In this document: piece by piece, positions 35,888-47,600 of the stretch
How positions within the stretch are numbered: the stretch's first letter is position 1
Layout: every line of letters starts with the position of its first letter
IMG/VR virus record: IMGVR_UViG_3300032309_003728
Coordinates: 1-57,527 of that record
Strand: one strand, 5' to 3'
Source: a virus
Taxonomy: Duplodnaviria > Caudoviricetes
Length of the DNA stretch: 57,527 bases
The notes under the pieces: model-generated
Told to the model about the DNA's origin: nothing
The model's input: only the letters and a program-made list of their open reading frames with translations
Database searches by the model: none
Program-made: the position numbers and the translations under genes

Positions 35888-37210
35888 TTAACCTAATGGA
35901 AAATTCTTAGGCGGACTCACTGGCAGAGTAAGTGCTTCGGAGCTATATCCACCTGTTCCAATAGCTAATGGGAAAAAAACTCCAGCTGATGCAAGAAGAA
36001 TTACTAACATTTTAAATGGAAATTCACCTAAATTTACTACTGGCACAACTCCGCCAAATAAATATAGTCCCCCTTTATACTCATTGCCCATAATATTTAA
36101 AGGCTTCCAAGTACTCCAACTTGGACAAGATATATATATTCTTGGATATATTAGCCAACTGGATCTTGATCTGCAAATATATGGACCAAAAATAGATTTC
36201 TCTTTTGAAGGATTTGCCAAATCTTTTCTTAAAGGCCTTGTTAAGAAACTTAGGCCAAGATCTCTTTTAGCTACAATATAATCTGTAAAATCTATATCTA
36301 TAGATAGAGAACTTTTAGCGCTCCATCCAATACCAACTCCAGTTAAATAGTTTTTTTTCATAGATTCCAAAAGGTTTTCCTCATTACTTTTGTAAGTTGC
36401 TGTAGGCTTGATTGACCATTTATTCATATTAGTACTATATTTTTTATTTAGGTTTGCTTTGAGATTATTTATATACTTTATAAAATTTGCAGCGTCGGAA
36501 CCTTTAGTGTCAAAAGATTTTCTTATTATATCTGTGCTAAAACCAGATCCACCTAATAATTCTGATTTACTCATTGCTGAATCTAAATCAGCTTGGCCTA
36601 AATTTTTAATAAATTCATCAAACGTACTTAAATTAATAATTTTTTTCTTAAATAAATTAACTCCATCTGCGGCTAAATTATTTCTATTAATCATTTCACC
36701 ATCTCTTTTATAAGCATACATACGGCTTGTTCCTATTTTTGGTATTTTAGCTCCGACAAAACTATAAAAACTAGAGAAAAATGCAGCTTCTAGCATAAGT
36801 TTAACTTGCATAGCTATTAATAAACCCATCATATTGCCTGTAGGTATACCAAAAAAAAGAGCTACAATAAATACGTCAAGAAATCCAATTGGTATAGAAC
36901 CCGCTAAAAAATTAAAATCTTCAGAATTATAATAATAATCTGAAAATTGCTGTTCGCTAAAAGATAATGGACGTAAACTGAGTGGGCCATATCTTGTAGC
37001 TTCTACTCTTTTTGATTCTTTATCTATAGATTCTTTTAATTCAGGTGGAATTAAATCTCCATTTAAACTTTTTTTATAGGATCCATTTTTAAAATACATA
37101 TAAGAATTATTAATTGGAATATTCCCAAAAGCAGAACTCTTGCTATAATTTTTTGTATTTTTTGTTCCGCAACTATTATTCCAAACAGAAGATATGATTG
37201 ATTTACTCAT
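35888..37210 (-). CDS. hypothetical membrane-associated protein
   Basis: 440 aa with two hydrophobic regions; last gene of the minus-strand structural block. Confidence 0.65.
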   Translation of the reverse strand: MSKSIISSVWNNSCGTKNTKNYSKSSAFGNIPINNSYMYFKNGSYKKSLNGDLIPPELKESIDKESKRVEATRYGPLSLRPLSFSEQQFSDYYYNSEDFNFLAGSIPIGFLDVFIVALFFGIPTGNMMGLLIAMQVKLMLEAAFFSSFYSFVGAKIPKIGTSRMYAYKRDGEMINRNNLAADGVNLFKKKIINLSTFDEFIKNLGQADLDSAMSKSELLGGSGFSTDIIRKSFDTKGSDAANFIKYINNLKANLNKKYSTNMNKWSIKPTATYKSNEENLLESMKKNYLTGVGIGWSAKSSLSIDIDFTDYIVAKRDLGLSFLTRPLRKDLANPSKEKSIFGPYICRSRSSWLIYPRIYISCPSWSTWKPLNIMGNEYKGGLYLFGGVVPVVNLGEFPFKMLVILLASAGVFFPLAIGTGGYSSEALTLPVSPPKNFPLG

Positions 37211-38493
37211 TATATTTTGTTAAACATTGGGCCAATTGGAGCTTCTAAAGGATAAGCTACAGGCTGTCCGTCATACAAGAAAGTATGCATCATTAAATTA
37301 TTACACAAAACCCTAACTAAAACTTGTTGTTTTTTACCAGCATTAAAACTAACAGATTCTCCTTCTTGATTTAAATCATCAGTCAAATATGCTATTGGTA
37401 TAATCGCAGAAGTTTGTCTTCTATAAGAATAGTTTCCTGTATCGATTCCAGCAGATTGGTCTATGATTAAAGGGGGATTGTATATAAATGGATCAGGATA
37501 TCCAGGCCAGGAAGCGCTACTTAATATTTCTGCTCCAGTAGGATATAAATTAGGATTTACCGAAACTTTTAAATAAACTATATCATTAGGGTTTATTCTT
37601 ATATTTTGAAGAAGGTTATTTATAGCATGCCCACTTATAGATCCTTCTGTGGCCTCTACTTTACTTTTCATATCATCAGAAATGAACCCAGTCCAAACCA
37701 TCATATCTTTTAAATTAAAAGATCTATAAACAACTCCAGGTTCAACATTAACGTAATTGTCTTGTCCAGAAACAACAACATTTGGTCTAAACCAATCACA
37801 ATCACAAAATGATCCTGCGTTTAAATTCATGCCAGATACTTTATAAGAATTAAAAAATGGACCTATAGTAGTTTCTAAAGGATAAGACACAAATTGTCCA
37901 TCATAGATAAAATTATGCATCATTAAATTGTTGCATAAAACTCTAACTAAAACTTGTTGATCTTGACCAGCGTTAAAATTAACAGATTCTCCGTTTTGAG
38001 TTAAATCGTTAGTCAAATACGCTATTGGAACCATACAATGAGTTGGTCTTCTATTTAAATAGTCTCCAATCGGAATATATGTATCTGGATCAACCTTAAG
38101 TGGAGGACTATATATAAATGGTTCAGGGTATCCACTCCAAGGAGAGCTATCTTTATAATTACCAGCTAATACTTCTGCTCCAGTAGCAAAAAGATTTGGT
38201 CCTATGCCAATTTTTAAATAAATAACATCATAGGGTTTTATTTTTATATTTTCTAGAAGATTATTTATAGCATGTCCGCTTATTGTTCCTTCGCTTGATT
38301 GTAATTGACTTACTCCACTTGGAGGAATTATTCCAGTCCAAACCATCATATCTTTTAAATTAAAAGATTTATAAATTACCCCAGGATTAATATTTACATA
38401 ATAATCTTGCCCAGAAAAAATAACATCTGGCTTAAACCAATCTGAATCACAACATCCTCCCTGAGTGTAAGTGCTTAGTGCTTTAAAAAACAT
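37210..38493 (-). CDS. hypothetical protein made of two tandem copies of a ~205-aa domain
   Basis: Both halves read C.(C/S)DWF.P.V..SGQD.YVN..PGV.Y.SFNLKDMMVWTG...PIAYLT.DL.Q.GESV.FNAG..QQVLVRVLCNNLMMH.F.YDGQ. Confidence 0.75.
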   Translation of the reverse strand: MFFKALSTYTQGGCCDSDWFKPDVIFSGQDYYVNINPGVIYKSFNLKDMMVWTGIIPPSGVSQLQSSEGTISGHAINNLLENIKIKPYDVIYLKIGIGPNLFATGAEVLAGNYKDSSPWSGYPEPFIYSPPLKVDPDTYIPIGDYLNRRPTHCMVPIAYLTNDLTQNGESVNFNAGQDQQVLVRVLCNNLMMHNFIYDGQFVSYPLETTIGPFFNSYKVSGMNLNAGSFCDCDWFRPNVVVSGQDNYVNVEPGVVYRSFNLKDMMVWTGFISDDMKSKVEATEGSISGHAINNLLQNIRINPNDIVYLKVSVNPNLYPTGAEILSSASWPGYPDPFIYNPPLIIDQSAGIDTGNYSYRRQTSAIIPIAYLTDDLNQEGESVSFNAGKKQQVLVRVLCNNLMMHTFLYDGQPVAYPLEAPIGPMFNKI

Positions 38494-38499
38494 ATTATA

Positions 38500-39204
38500 T
38501 TATGGAGTAAATAAACCGCTATTTGTTCCGCTTTCATATACAAAATTAAAAAATGGTCTTTGGATTGGAGCTTTTACTCCATAAGTAACACTATTTCCAT
38601 CGTAATTAAATTTTTGCATTAATATATTATGGCACAAAGTCCTTACTAAATATCTTTGTTTTGGAACCTCTTTAGTCCCAAAATCTATTGATTCTCCTTC
38701 TTGTTTGCCATTTGCTGTTAAATACGCTATAGGAAATATTGCACTTTTTTGCATATTTTTCTCTATTTTATTTACTTTTCCGTCATCAGAAACATCTAAA
38801 GAAGGATAAAAAGTAAAAGGTTCTGGAAAGCCTGACCAACATTTTCCTGTAACAATTATTTCGGCGCTACTTGGATCCCTTGCGTTTTTATTAATATTAA
38901 CATTCAAATAAATAATATCATCTTCTTTTAATTGTTTATCTTCCATTAAACCACTGATTGAAAAATTTTTTAATATTCCTGAACTATTCAAAAAGTCTAT
39001 TGTATTTTGATCCATGTATCCTGTCCAAGTCATAAAATCTTTAGGATTTAAAGATCTATATATAACTCCTGGTAAAATTTTCACATAAACAGTCGAACTT
39101 GTTTCTGATCCACTTACAGTTACTTCAGGTTTAAACCAAGAGCACTGACAATAATTTGATCCTCCTCCTATTGTCCAATTACCGCTAAAATTAGTAGTAG
39201 CCAT
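38500..39204 (-). CDS. hypothetical protein, single-domain paralog of 37210..38493
   Basis: CQCSWFKPEV..SG, PGVIYRS, MTWTG, W.G.PEPF, PIAYLT..QEGES, LVRTLCHN. Confidence 0.75.
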   Translation of the reverse strand: MATTNFSGNWTIGGGSNYCQCSWFKPEVTVSGSETSSTVYVKILPGVIYRSLNPKDFMTWTGYMDQNTIDFLNSSGILKNFSISGLMEDKQLKEDDIIYLNVNINKNARDPSSAEIIVTGKCWSGFPEPFTFYPSLDVSDDGKVNKIEKNMQKSAIFPIAYLTANGKQEGESIDFGTKEVPKQRYLVRTLCHNILMQKFNYDGNSVTYGVKAPIQRPFFNFVYESGTNSGLFTP

Positions 39205-39209
39205 ATAAA

Positions 39210-42143
39210 TTAAATACTATTACCAGTTATATCAATATATTTATAAATAACATCATTTAATCCAATTTTTAATTGAGCAACATCTTTTTCTAAAAATCCT
39301 TGGTTATTGTATCCTATTCTTACATTATAACTATTAACTGTAGGATCATCTATAAAATCTCCAGTAAATCTAATTCCTGTTAGAGATTTCCTATTTGGAC
39401 TATTAAGAGCTAAATAGGATATATTATCATCTGATACTAAAATATTCCATATTCTTCCAGATTCTTGATTGAATGTTCTATATCCAACTATTCCTGATAC
39501 ATTTCCTGTTATAATATCTGAATAATTCTCCAGCATATATCCAGTTGCAAGTACTTGCTCAAATATATATCCTGTTAGTAATCCTGTAAAATACATATTT
39601 GGATAGAAATTTTGACCACTAAATAAAGTTTCGCCTGTTTGTAAAATTGGTCTAGTTTCTCCGCCAAAGGTTGTTATAGATATATTATCTCCTAAAGTTC
39701 CAGAATCTAAAGCTGCAGAAAGTTTTAATCTGTTATTAGGTAAATCTAATTCAGAAGCTATTCCGTATTCATCTTTACCAGAATTAATAATATTATGTAA
39801 TTCAGTAATATTTTTAAAATAATCAGGAGGATTAAAGAATGTTTCTGGAGAATATATTAAAGTTTTTATAGTATCTCTATTTGAATTTTGTATAGTAATA
39901 GAGTCTAATTCTACAGGATTATTATAACTTAAATAATTGAATGAATTAATATATCCTGTTGCTTGGTTTTGTTTTCCTATTAATTTATATCCTGTGATTA
40001 TTTGATCAAAAATAAATACTCCGCTATTTATATAGTCTACAAATCCAGTGAGTTTTCCTGTTATGTAATTAAATCCAGAAACATTTTTTCTTAATATACC
40101 AACAGAAGGTATATATCCCACAACATTTTCATATCCACTTTTATGAATATAACCGCTTCCTTCTAATAAAATTTTATTTAAAATATTAATTCCTGGTACT
40201 TCTCCAAGACTCTTAGCTTCTCTACTAACCACTAATTCTGAAGTTTCCCATCCGCTTCCTCCTACAACAACATAACTTACATTTTTAAAGAAATTAACTT
40301 TATAAGATTCTGGATCATAAAAGTTTTCTGTTATAGTTTGAATTCCACTGTATTTTCCTGTATAAAGGTTTTCTCTATACAAAGAGAAAGGAGGCAAGGT
40401 TACATCTTCATTTTTAGAAAATTCATTGAACTCTTCTGGTTTTAAATCAGTTCTATTTAAAAGATTTCCACTCTCTAATAAACTAGCTCTAGGTTTATAA
40501 CGAGCAGCATTTTGTTTTATTATATAGTAATCTTCTATAGGAGTTATTTTTCTATTTTTTGAATCTACAAAATTTTGATTATTTAATAATTTTCCTGTTG
40601 TGTAACCAGAAGCATTTAAGACTCCAAATGAATCTGTTGGGCCTATATCTCTATATTCAACAAACCCTTTGATTCTATGGAAAATATCTCCAGAATAATA
40701 AGAGTTATTAATATTATCTACTCCTGTTAAAATAATTGAATTTATTTCTGGATTAAAATTATATTTTGAAAAAAGACTTATGTTTTTGACTATTAATTTA
40801 TTTACTAATTGTTCCTTATATTCCTGATTTTCTGTTTTTTTAATAACAGGAGCAGTTCTAAAACCGCTCATGTATACTCTTGCGTATTTATATTTATTTG
40901 AAAATTCAGTAGGCTTTTCTGGCAAAAACACAAAATTGTTTGAAGAAGAACTACTTGAAGAAGAACTACTTGAAGAAGAACTTGAAGAAGGACAAGCTGG
41001 AGGATTAACTTGACCCCAATCATTATGTCCCCAAGCAGTTACGCTGCCATCTTTAAGAAGAGCAAGAGAATGACGATCTCCTGCAGCTATTTCTACTGCA
41101 TTAGTTCCTATACCAATTGGAATAGTAGTTTGGCCATAAGCATTATAGCCCCAACCAGTTACAGACCCATCTTTAAGAAGAGCAAGAGAATGACTACTTG
41201 CAGCAGCTATAGCTGTAGCATTATTTCCTATTCCAACTGGAATATTAGTTTGACCATTAAAATTATACCCCCAACCAGTTACTGTTCCATCTTTTAATAA
41301 GGCAAGAGAAAAATTATATCCTGCAGCTATTCCTGTCGCATTATTGCCTATTCCAACTGGAATATCTATTTGACCATAATTTTCCTCACCGACTACTCCC
41401 CACCCAGTGACTCTACCATCTTTTAGTAATGCAAGAGAATGAAACTTTCCACCAGCTATTCCTGTTGCGTTGTTGCCTATTCCAACTGGAATAGTAGTTT
41501 GACCATAAGTATTATCTCCCCAACCAGTTACGCTGCCATCTTTAAGAAGAGCAAGAAAATGAAAAAATCCAGCAGCTATTCCTGTTGCGTTGTTGCCTAT
41601 TCCAACTGGAATATCTATTTGACCATAACTATTAATTCCCCAACCAGTTACGCTGCCATCTTTAAGAAGAGCCAAAGAATTAAATTGTCCATAAGCAGCT
41701 ATTTTTGCAACATTACCTTGTATATCTTGGGGAACATTTAATTGGCCCTCGTTATTATATCCATAACCAACCACAGTCCCATCTTTTAGAAGTGAAAGAG
41801 AATAATCCTGTCCTGCAGTTATTGCAGAAACATTATTACATTTAGAAACAATGTTTATAGTCCCAGCCATGAGACTATGATGTTCACAGTTGTAATATAG
41901 AATACTTGGAGCACTAGCGTCAACAGTAAATGTTAATGTGCTATTAGTAGTTCCGTTATTTGTGATCCCTATATTGTATTGATTTATTGATCCTATATTC
42001 TTGGTTGTTTTGATCCAGAAAGGATGATTAGGAGCATTAATAGTAAATGTATATGTTTGTCCTCGAATTAACGTTAATACAGGATTACTAGCTCCATCTA
42101 TGATGTAAGCTGCGGCACCATTATTTGTTACTGAAAAATTCAT
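39210..42143 (-). CDS. putative virion surface/tail protein: cupredoxin-like domain, RCC1/BLIP-II 7-blade propeller, poly-Ser linker, TG-rich C-terminus
   Basis: NPVLTLIRGQTYTF..HPF..LYYNCEHHSLMAG; 7 IAAG..HSLALLKDG.VTGWG.N..GQ repeats; about 16 Ser. Confidence 0.75.
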   Translation of the reverse strand: MNFSVTNNGAAAYIIDGASNPVLTLIRGQTYTFTINAPNHPFWIKTTKNIGSINQYNIGITNNGTTNSTLTFTVDASAPSILYYNCEHHSLMAGTINIVSKCNNVSAITAGQDYSLSLLKDGTVVGYGYNNEGQLNVPQDIQGNVAKIAAYGQFNSLALLKDGSVTGWGINSYGQIDIPVGIGNNATGIAAGFFHFLALLKDGSVTGWGDNTYGQTTIPVGIGNNATGIAGGKFHSLALLKDGRVTGWGVVGEENYGQIDIPVGIGNNATGIAAGYNFSLALLKDGTVTGWGYNFNGQTNIPVGIGNNATAIAAASSHSLALLKDGSVTGWGYNAYGQTTIPIGIGTNAVEIAAGDRHSLALLKDGSVTAWGHNDWGQVNPPACPSSSSSSSSSSSSSSSSNNFVFLPEKPTEFSNKYKYARVYMSGFRTAPVIKKTENQEYKEQLVNKLIVKNISLFSKYNFNPEINSIILTGVDNINNSYYSGDIFHRIKGFVEYRDIGPTDSFGVLNASGYTTGKLLNNQNFVDSKNRKITPIEDYYIIKQNAARYKPRASLLESGNLLNRTDLKPEEFNEFSKNEDVTLPPFSLYRENLYTGKYSGIQTITENFYDPESYKVNFFKNVSYVVVGGSGWETSELVVSREAKSLGEVPGINILNKILLEGSGYIHKSGYENVVGYIPSVGILRKNVSGFNYITGKLTGFVDYINSGVFIFDQIITGYKLIGKQNQATGYINSFNYLSYNNPVELDSITIQNSNRDTIKTLIYSPETFFNPPDYFKNITELHNIINSGKDEYGIASELDLPNNRLKLSAALDSGTLGDNISITTFGGETRPILQTGETLFSGQNFYPNMYFTGLLTGYIFEQVLATGYMLENYSDIITGNVSGIVGYRTFNQESGRIWNILVSDDNISYLALNSPNRKSLTGIRFTGDFIDDPTVNSYNVRIGYNNQGFLEKDVAQLKIGLNDVIYKYIDITGNSI
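40941..40988 (-). repeat. poly-Ser-encoding microsatellite (about 16 Ser)
   Basis: Tandem TGAAGAAGAACTACT-type units. Confidence 0.85.
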
Positions 42144-42188
42144 TTTTTATTTTCCTTTAATATGTTATATGGATAGTTCATTTTAATT

Positions 42189-44564
42189 TTATAGACTAAC
42201 TGTTAAAACTTTAGAAACTGTGACTGGATCATAATTAATATTTCCAGCTTGACTAGCAGTAATAGTCGTATTTCCAGCCGCTAATATAACAACAGTTCCA
42301 TTAGAATTTACTGTAGCCACACTAGTGTTACTACTCGAATATGTTATTGGTATACTATTATTATCACTTGTGACGTTAAGATTAAAATTAGCATTATTAA
42401 TATATTTTTGAGCTATATTTGGAAAAGTTATAGTTTGAGCAATTTTTCCTATTATAAATATTTTGCTTACAGATTGGTCACAAAACTCATTGTAACCAGA
42501 TACTGTAGCACTAATCACAGATAATCCTCCCCCTACAACCGTAAGAATTCCTTCAGGACTTACTGTTGCTACGCCTGTATTACTACTTCTATAAACTATT
42601 GGAGCCCCATTAGTGTTGTTAACTACCCCAAGATCAAATGGTGGAGAATTATAAGTTTTAGCTGGTATATCTGGGAAAGTGAGTCTTATAGTTTTATAAG
42701 TATTATAATCATTTAACTCTTTAAAACTTTGATTTACTAAATAAACAGAGTCTTTGCCAAAGATTCCTTCTCCAAGTTGTGCAATTTTTTCAAAAAATAA
42801 AGTATCTTCATTTGGTTTTTGGCTAGTGTAAATTACATTTATTTTTAAATTACTTAAATTAGTTTTGAGAGTTTTTATTTTATTTAAAACGCCAGAATAA
42901 GATATACTAATTGGTGGGCTAAATAATGGATCTTTTGATATACAATCTTCTTGGTTGTATTCGGGTAATAACAATGGAGAATTATTCGTGAAGATATTAA
43001 TTACTTTAGTATAATATGGTGTCCAAGATAAACCTGTGGCATAATCTAAAGCGCCAGTTAAATCTGACCCTTCATATCTTTTTTGCTTTTTTAAAGTTAA
43101 ACCTGAAATAGAAGAAAATAATAAATCCTTATCATTGGTGAAATCATTACCAGTCAAAAGATTTGGATCATCAGAGTACCAAATGTTTCCTACTGAATTA
43201 AAACAATTTTGATCTAGAAAATCATTTAATAAACTTCTAAAACCATTTTTAAACAAACAAAGGCCTTTTTCATTTCCGTAAGAGTAATCAACAATATTTA
43301 AAATTTCTATACCTTTATTTTCTTGATTTATAAATTCTGAATTATCATTATATATTGTGCGTACTTGGGTTTTAAAATTTCCTGAATTAAATATTCCCGA
43401 ATATGAAACTATTTCATCCTGGTTATATTCAGTATATGGACTCTCGTAAAATGGAAGATAACCACTAGAAGAGTTTTTTAATAATACTAATTTATGTTTT
43501 GAATCGTATAATGGAGTAAAATCTTTTTCTCCTTTTAAAGTGATACTAAAATTATTTTTTAATTCATTACAGTTATCAGAAGAAGAACTACTTGAAGAAG
43601 AACTTGAAGAAGAACTTGAAGAACTACTTGAAGAAGAACTTGAAGAAGAACTTGAAGAACTACTTGAAGAAGAACTTGAAGAAGAACTTGAAGAAGGACA
43701 AGCTGGAGGATTAGTTTGACCATGAGTATTCTCTCCCCAACCAGTTACAGTTCCATCTTTTAATAAAGCAAGAGAATAAGAGAATCCAGCATCTATAGCT
43801 ATTGCATTGGTTCCTATTCCAACTGGAGTAGTACTTTGACCAAAAACATCACTTCCCCAACCAATTACAGTTCCATTTTTGAGAAGAGCAAGAGAATGAT
43901 AAAGTCCAGCGCTTATTCCTGTTGCATTGTTACCTATTCCAACTGGAATATCTATTTGACCAAGATCACTTCTTCCCCAACCAATTACAGTTCCATTTTT
44001 GAGAAGAGCAAGAGAATGAAAACCTCCAGCAGCTATTCCCACTGCATTAGTTCCTATACCAACTGGAATATCTATTTGACCATTGGATGCGACCGATGTG
44101 ACTCCCCAACCAGTTACCCTACCATCTTTTAATAATGCAAGAGAATGATACCACCCTGCACTTATAGCAGCAGCATTAGTTCCTATACCAACTGGAATAT
44201 TTAATTGGCCATAAGAGTTATTTCCCCAACCAATTACAGTTCCATTTTTGAGAAGAGCAAGAGAATGTGAGAACGTCGAGGATGAAAATGCAGCAGCTAT
44301 TCCTGCTACATTACCTTGTATTTCCTGTGGAATATTAATTTCATCTGCCACCAGACCTCCCCAACCAGTTACCCTACCATCTTTTAATAATGCAAGAGAA
44401 TGATCAAATCCAGCAGCTATTTCCACTGCATTAGTTCCTATACCAACTGGAATATTTATTTGACCAAGATCATTTCTTCCCCAACCAGTTACAGTTCCAT
44501 CTTTTAATAACGCAAGAGAATAAAAACCTCCAGCAACTATTTTAGCATAATTATAACAACTCAT
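42189..44564 (-). CDS. putative virion surface protein: RCC1-like 7-blade propeller, poly-Ser, two Ig-like (Big_2-type) domains
   Basis: 7 GWG repeats; about 39 Ser; YRSSNTGVATV and YSSSNTSVATV Ig motifs. Confidence 0.75.
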   Translation of the reverse strand: MSCYNYAKIVAGGFYSLALLKDGTVTGWGRNDLGQINIPVGIGTNAVEIAAGFDHSLALLKDGRVTGWGGLVADEINIPQEIQGNVAGIAAAFSSSTFSHSLALLKNGTVIGWGNNSYGQLNIPVGIGTNAAAISAGWYHSLALLKDGRVTGWGVTSVASNGQIDIPVGIGTNAVGIAAGGFHSLALLKNGTVIGWGRSDLGQIDIPVGIGNNATGISAGLYHSLALLKNGTVIGWGSDVFGQSTTPVGIGTNAIAIDAGFSYSLALLKDGTVTGWGENTHGQTNPPACPSSSSSSSSSSSSSSSSSSSSSSSSSSSSSSSSSSSSSSSDNCNELKNNFSITLKGEKDFTPLYDSKHKLVLLKNSSSGYLPFYESPYTEYNQDEIVSYSGIFNSGNFKTQVRTIYNDNSEFINQENKGIEILNIVDYSYGNEKGLCLFKNGFRSLLNDFLDQNCFNSVGNIWYSDDPNLLTGNDFTNDKDLLFSSISGLTLKKQKRYEGSDLTGALDYATGLSWTPYYTKVINIFTNNSPLLLPEYNQEDCISKDPLFSPPISISYSGVLNKIKTLKTNLSNLKINVIYTSQKPNEDTLFFEKIAQLGEGIFGKDSVYLVNQSFKELNDYNTYKTIRLTFPDIPAKTYNSPPFDLGVVNNTNGAPIVYRSSNTGVATVSPEGILTVVGGGLSVISATVSGYNEFCDQSVSKIFIIGKIAQTITFPNIAQKYINNANFNLNVTSDNNSIPITYSSSNTSVATVNSNGTVVILAAGNTTITASQAGNINYDPVTVSKVLTVSL
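43578..43694 (-). repeat. poly-Ser-encoding microsatellite (about 39 Ser)
   Basis: Tandem GAAGAAGAACTT and GAAGAACTACTT 12-bp-type units. Confidence 0.85.
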
Positions 44565-44593
44565 TTTATATTTTTTCCTTTTTCCATCATAAA

Positions 44594-44599
44594 TTACAC
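44594..44599 (-). promoter_or_regulatory. GTGTAA motif, candidate late promoter
   Basis: GTGTAATTTATG...AAAAAGGAAAAAATATAAAATG before 44564. Confidence 0.55.
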
Positions 44600-44606
44600 C
44601 CTTAAA

Positions 44607-47600
44607 TTATGAATTATAATCATAAAATCCTAGTCTAAATACATTAACATCTTTCTTTACCTCTATGGTTTCTTCCTTTTTATTTTCGTCAACTGGGGCA
44701 TCAGTAATATCTTCGCATGGTTTACATCCAATTTCATTTACTCCATTTTGATATATACCAGAGCAACACCAACCAGTAGGTCTTTTTATAGGATCGTATA
44801 TTCCTGAGCAACAATTTCCACTATATCCTAAATATTTAGGCTTATTAATTAATTCTGGATCACACTTCAAGGATAAATAATCTCCACTAGGTTTCCAAAT
44901 TCCACAATCTTCTGGTTCTTCTTCTGATACAGTACATTTAAATCCTCCTTTTTCAGAAACGTTACCTATTATAAAGTCTGTATATCCCTTTCCACAAAGA
45001 ATACCTGACCCAGTAATTGAAGGAATACATATTAAACTGTTATTATTACTACTGTTACCTAAATAATTCTTGTTGCCTGTGTTATATGGAGAGACGCTCC
45101 ATAATCCAGTAGCTAATCCAGAAAGATCTTCGATATCTGAAGTGTTTTTATTTTGAGAAGATGTTTCTGAAGATATGGTAATTTTTTGGGTTATAGTAAT
45201 AGTCTCGTCTTGTAGATTTTCGTATTTGATATTAGTATCTTCTATAGGTGGAAAAACGGTATCATTAGGAGAGTTTAAGTAAGTATTAATAGGTTGTCTA
45301 TCTTCTGAGGAAACCACATCAATCCAATTTTCTCCATCTTCAGATATTTGAAGTTTTATAATTTTAGGAACCATATAACTATAAACTTTATTTCTAGGAG
45401 TTAATTCTAATTTGATATTAAAAGCTCCAAATTTTCCGCTATTTAAAGCAACCAAATTTATTATCTCTTCATTGTTTGAATTAAGTCCTCCGTTTTGACC
45501 ACTTAATAATGGGCCATAATTGAATTCAATATTTGGATTGTTTTTGAATGGAATCCAAGTATAGTATTTTTTAAAAGCCAATTCATTATTAATTTTATTA
45601 ATCAGATCATTTTTACCACTAAAGTAATTTTGTCCAGTTAAATTTTCTGAAAAGATAAACTCTTTTGCAACAGCTTGTTTTTCAAAAGGTATATCATCTA
45701 CATCATATACGCCTTTAAATACAGCATTAAAATCAAATTGATATTGATTAAATAGTACCTTATCTCCTTCTTCAAATGCTTTATAAGTGATTTGTCCAGA
45801 ATAGTAAGAGTTGTTGTATTTTAAGTCTAAACCTTTTGGACTTATATCATCCATAAAATATACATTATTGTATATTGCATCTCCACTATCTGAAACTGAA
45901 ATTCCACTATATATTTGTCCTTGTATATAAGCAGTTGGATCTTCCCAATCATCTTCTCCTTTACAATAACAGCATGTATCTTTTAAGTTGTCATCAATAG
46001 CTATAGTATAATAATTAGGATCAGCAGGATCCTCTAAATAAGTTAATAAAGTTCTTTCTAAAGTATCTGTTTCTAATTGTTTTGTAATATCTGTTGATGT
46101 ATTAATTGGAGAAGGACCTATTACATTATATTTAGATTTAGGAAAGTTGTTTCTTGGTATGTCCATTTGTCTAAAACCAGAAAGTTCATAACTAGCGCCT
46201 AATCTGCAAATAAACCGTAAAGATTTAGTGCATATAGGATCTGAAATTATTATTCTTGTAGAAGAGCTGCAATTATTTTCGTAATACCCAGTATATTCCT
46301 TAAAAGATAAACTTGGAGACTCAATACTTCCACTAGTATTTCTTTCAAAATCAATATTAAAAGCAATTGGCGCTTGATTATTTAAAGCATAAGATCCAGA
46401 AGGAAGATCTCTGTAATCCAAATAATAACTTGCCCAAACTTCATCGTAATTCTGCTTGTATATTTCTCTTATTTTTTGTTCTGTAAGAGATTTAATATTT
46501 AATGAAACAGCATGTAAATTTTCATTCTTTTTATTTCGATTTGTTTCATTTATTAAAAAGTCTTTTTCGTTTCCAGATAGAATTAAATTATATTTTCCAG
46601 GATTTAGAAAAGTGAAAAATCCAGTTTCAGTTCCTGTTATAAAATTCCCATCTTTAATTTTATTATCATTTTCATCAAATATAGCAAGAGAGTATTCGCC
46701 GATATTATAAGCTAAATTACTTACTGGATTTTTGTATTCAAAAAGTAAAGGATAAGGTATATTCTTTCCCCTAGAAGCTGCTGGTTTTGATATAAATATT
46801 TCATTTTTAATAAAATTAAATCTTTTATCTGAATATATGGTATTATTTTTATAATAAGAAGTATTATAATGTAAAGTGTTATTTACTTGAATGTTCTTGA
46901 GAATGTTTCTTTCTTTTAAGATATCATTTATATCAAATAAAATTCCAGTTGGAGGCAGAAGATTTTTTATTTCAACATTTAAAATGGTTGGATTTTTTAC
47001 AACTTCGCCAAAGAGACCTGTTTTTAAAATAAAAGCATTCATCTCTATATCACAATCTGCCATGTCGTCCTCATCAAACCCATAAAGATTAAGATCTAAT
47101 AATAATGTATGAGACTCATAAGCTTTTGGTAAATATAAATTATAAATTTCATTATCAATTCTATTTGAATATTTTTGAGCACTATAATTTGTATAAAAAC
47201 GAGACTGCTCTATAGGCTCTATAGTTAATAGACTTTTATCTATAAAAAGTTCTCTTGAAATTGAATTTTGAAAAAATGAAGTAGTTTCATTTTGTTTTGC
47301 TGTTATCGTAACTGTTCCAGCTTTTAGGATAGTAACATCTCCGATAGAGGAAACTTGAGCTATGCTACTATCAGAACTTTGATATTGTATATTAACTTCA
47401 TTATTATCAGTAGTAACATTTAAGTTAAAAGATGGATCTTCTAATTTTTTATATTCTATTTTTGGAAATTCTAATTTAGAAGTTTTTTTAATTACAATTG
47501 ATGCAGTAGTTTCAGCGGCGATCCAATTTTGATCGTCTTCTTGATAAGCTGTAATTGCAACTATTCCAATATCATTTATAGTTGCTAAATTACCTTGTAT

